Part shown: positions 62,901-64,000 of the stretch, piece after piece
Position numbering within the stretch: the stretch's first letter is position 1
Layout: each line of letters starts with the position of its first letter
From: Schmidtea polychroa
Taxonomy: Eukaryota
Direction: 5' to 3'
Assembly (NCBI GenBank): GCA_044892525.1
Contig: CM097885.1
Span: 6,016,001-6,080,000 of the forward strand
Length of the DNA stretch: 64,000 bases
Translations under genes and position numbers: made by a program
Notes under the pieces: generated by a model
The model's input: the letters and a program-made list of their open reading frames with translations, nothing else
What the model was told of the DNA's origin: nothing
Databases searched by the model: none

Positions 62901-64000
62901 CTAAAGTCCTAAATAAATTGAAATAAAATCCAAAATACCACGCAAGATAAATAGATTGATGGGGGACACCAGGACCCCCCTTTTTGGGTTACACAAGTAG
63001 AATGGAATGGATTTTAAGATTTTTTTTAATATTTTAAACAGTTTCTTGTCTAAAGTCCTAAATAAATTGAAATAAAATCCAAAATACCACGCAAGATACA
63101 GAGATTGCTATGGGACACCAGGACCCCCCTTTTTGGGTTACACAAGTAGAATGGAATGGATTTTAAGATTTTTTTCAAATATTTTAAATATTTTCTTGTC
63201 TAAATTGCTAAATAAATTGAAATAAAATCCAAAATACCACGCAAGATAAATAGATTGCTGGGGGACACCAGGACCCCCTTTTCGGTTACACAAGTAGAAT
63301 GAAATGGATTTTAAGATTTTTTTTAGTATTTTAAACATTTTCTTGTCTAAAGTCCTAAATAAATTGAAATAAAATCCAAAATACCACGCAAGATAAATAG
63401 ATTGATGGGGGACACCAGGACCCCTTTTTGGTTACACAAGTAGAATGGAATGGATTTTAAGATTTTTTTTAATATTTTAAACAGTTTCTTGTCTAAAGTC
63501 CTAAATAAATTGAAATAAAATCCAAAATACCACGCAAGATACAGAGATTGCTATGGGACACCAGGACCCCCCTTTTTGGGTTACACAAGTAGAATGGAAT
63601 GGATTTTAAGATTTTTTTTAGTATTTTAAACATTTTCTTGTCTAAAGTCCTAAATAAATTGAAATAAAATCCAAAATACCACGCAAGATAAATAGATTGC
63701 TGGGGGACACCAGGACCCCCTTTTTGGTTACACAAGTAGAATGGAATGAATTTTAAGATTTTTTTTAATATTTTAAACAGTTTCTTGTCTAAAGTCCTAA
63801 ATAAATTGAAATAAAATCCAAAATACCACGCAAGATACAGAGATTGCTATGGGACACCAGGACCCCCCTTTTTGGGTTACACAAGTAGAATGGAATGGAT
63901 TTTAAGATTTTTTTCAAATATTTTAAATATTTTCTTGTCTAAATTGCTAAATAAATTGAAATGAAATCCAAAATACCACGCAAGATAAATAGATTGCTGG
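59930..64000. repeat. ~148-149 bp satellite array, running off the window end
   Basis: Unit TTACACAAGTAGAATGGAATGGATTTTAAG...GGGACACCAGGACCCCCCTTTTTGGG. About 22 homogeneous copies from ~60765, with progressively diverged copies back to ~59930. Confidence 0.98.

Noticed and set aside
61507..63735. Repeated 66-100 aa ORFs
   Set aside because: They are by-products of satellite monomers, with frame set by homopolymer length.

Overview
This is very AT-rich, repeat-dense eukaryotic DNA. It is probably a metazoan invertebrate; the 43-49 nt mini-introns and repeat content would fit a flatworm, but that is a guess. Three spliced host genes can be rebuilt by hand with consistent intron phases: mago nashi (+, 7535-8077), an RNF34/RFFL-like FYVE-RING E3 ligase (-, 24322-28508) and a ~23 kb RIPOR/FAM65-like gene (-, 34233 to ~57471/57543). 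The rest is mostly mobile DNA. It includes one apparently intact Buster-type hAT transposon (30468-33094), four TSD-bounded non-autonomous hATs (one hosting a nested piggyBac), decayed hAT/pogo/Tc1/Chapaev3/LINE fragments, and a family of solo-LTR-like elements with 4-bp TSDs. There are also satellites with 20, 36, 53 and ~148 bp units and (AAT)n tracts. The most notable hidden signal is a set of minimal hammerhead-ribozyme motifs in Penelope-like fold-back relics inside RIPOR introns, with the best-preserved cores on the transcribed strand. All calls come from reading the sequence by eye; no searches or folding were run.
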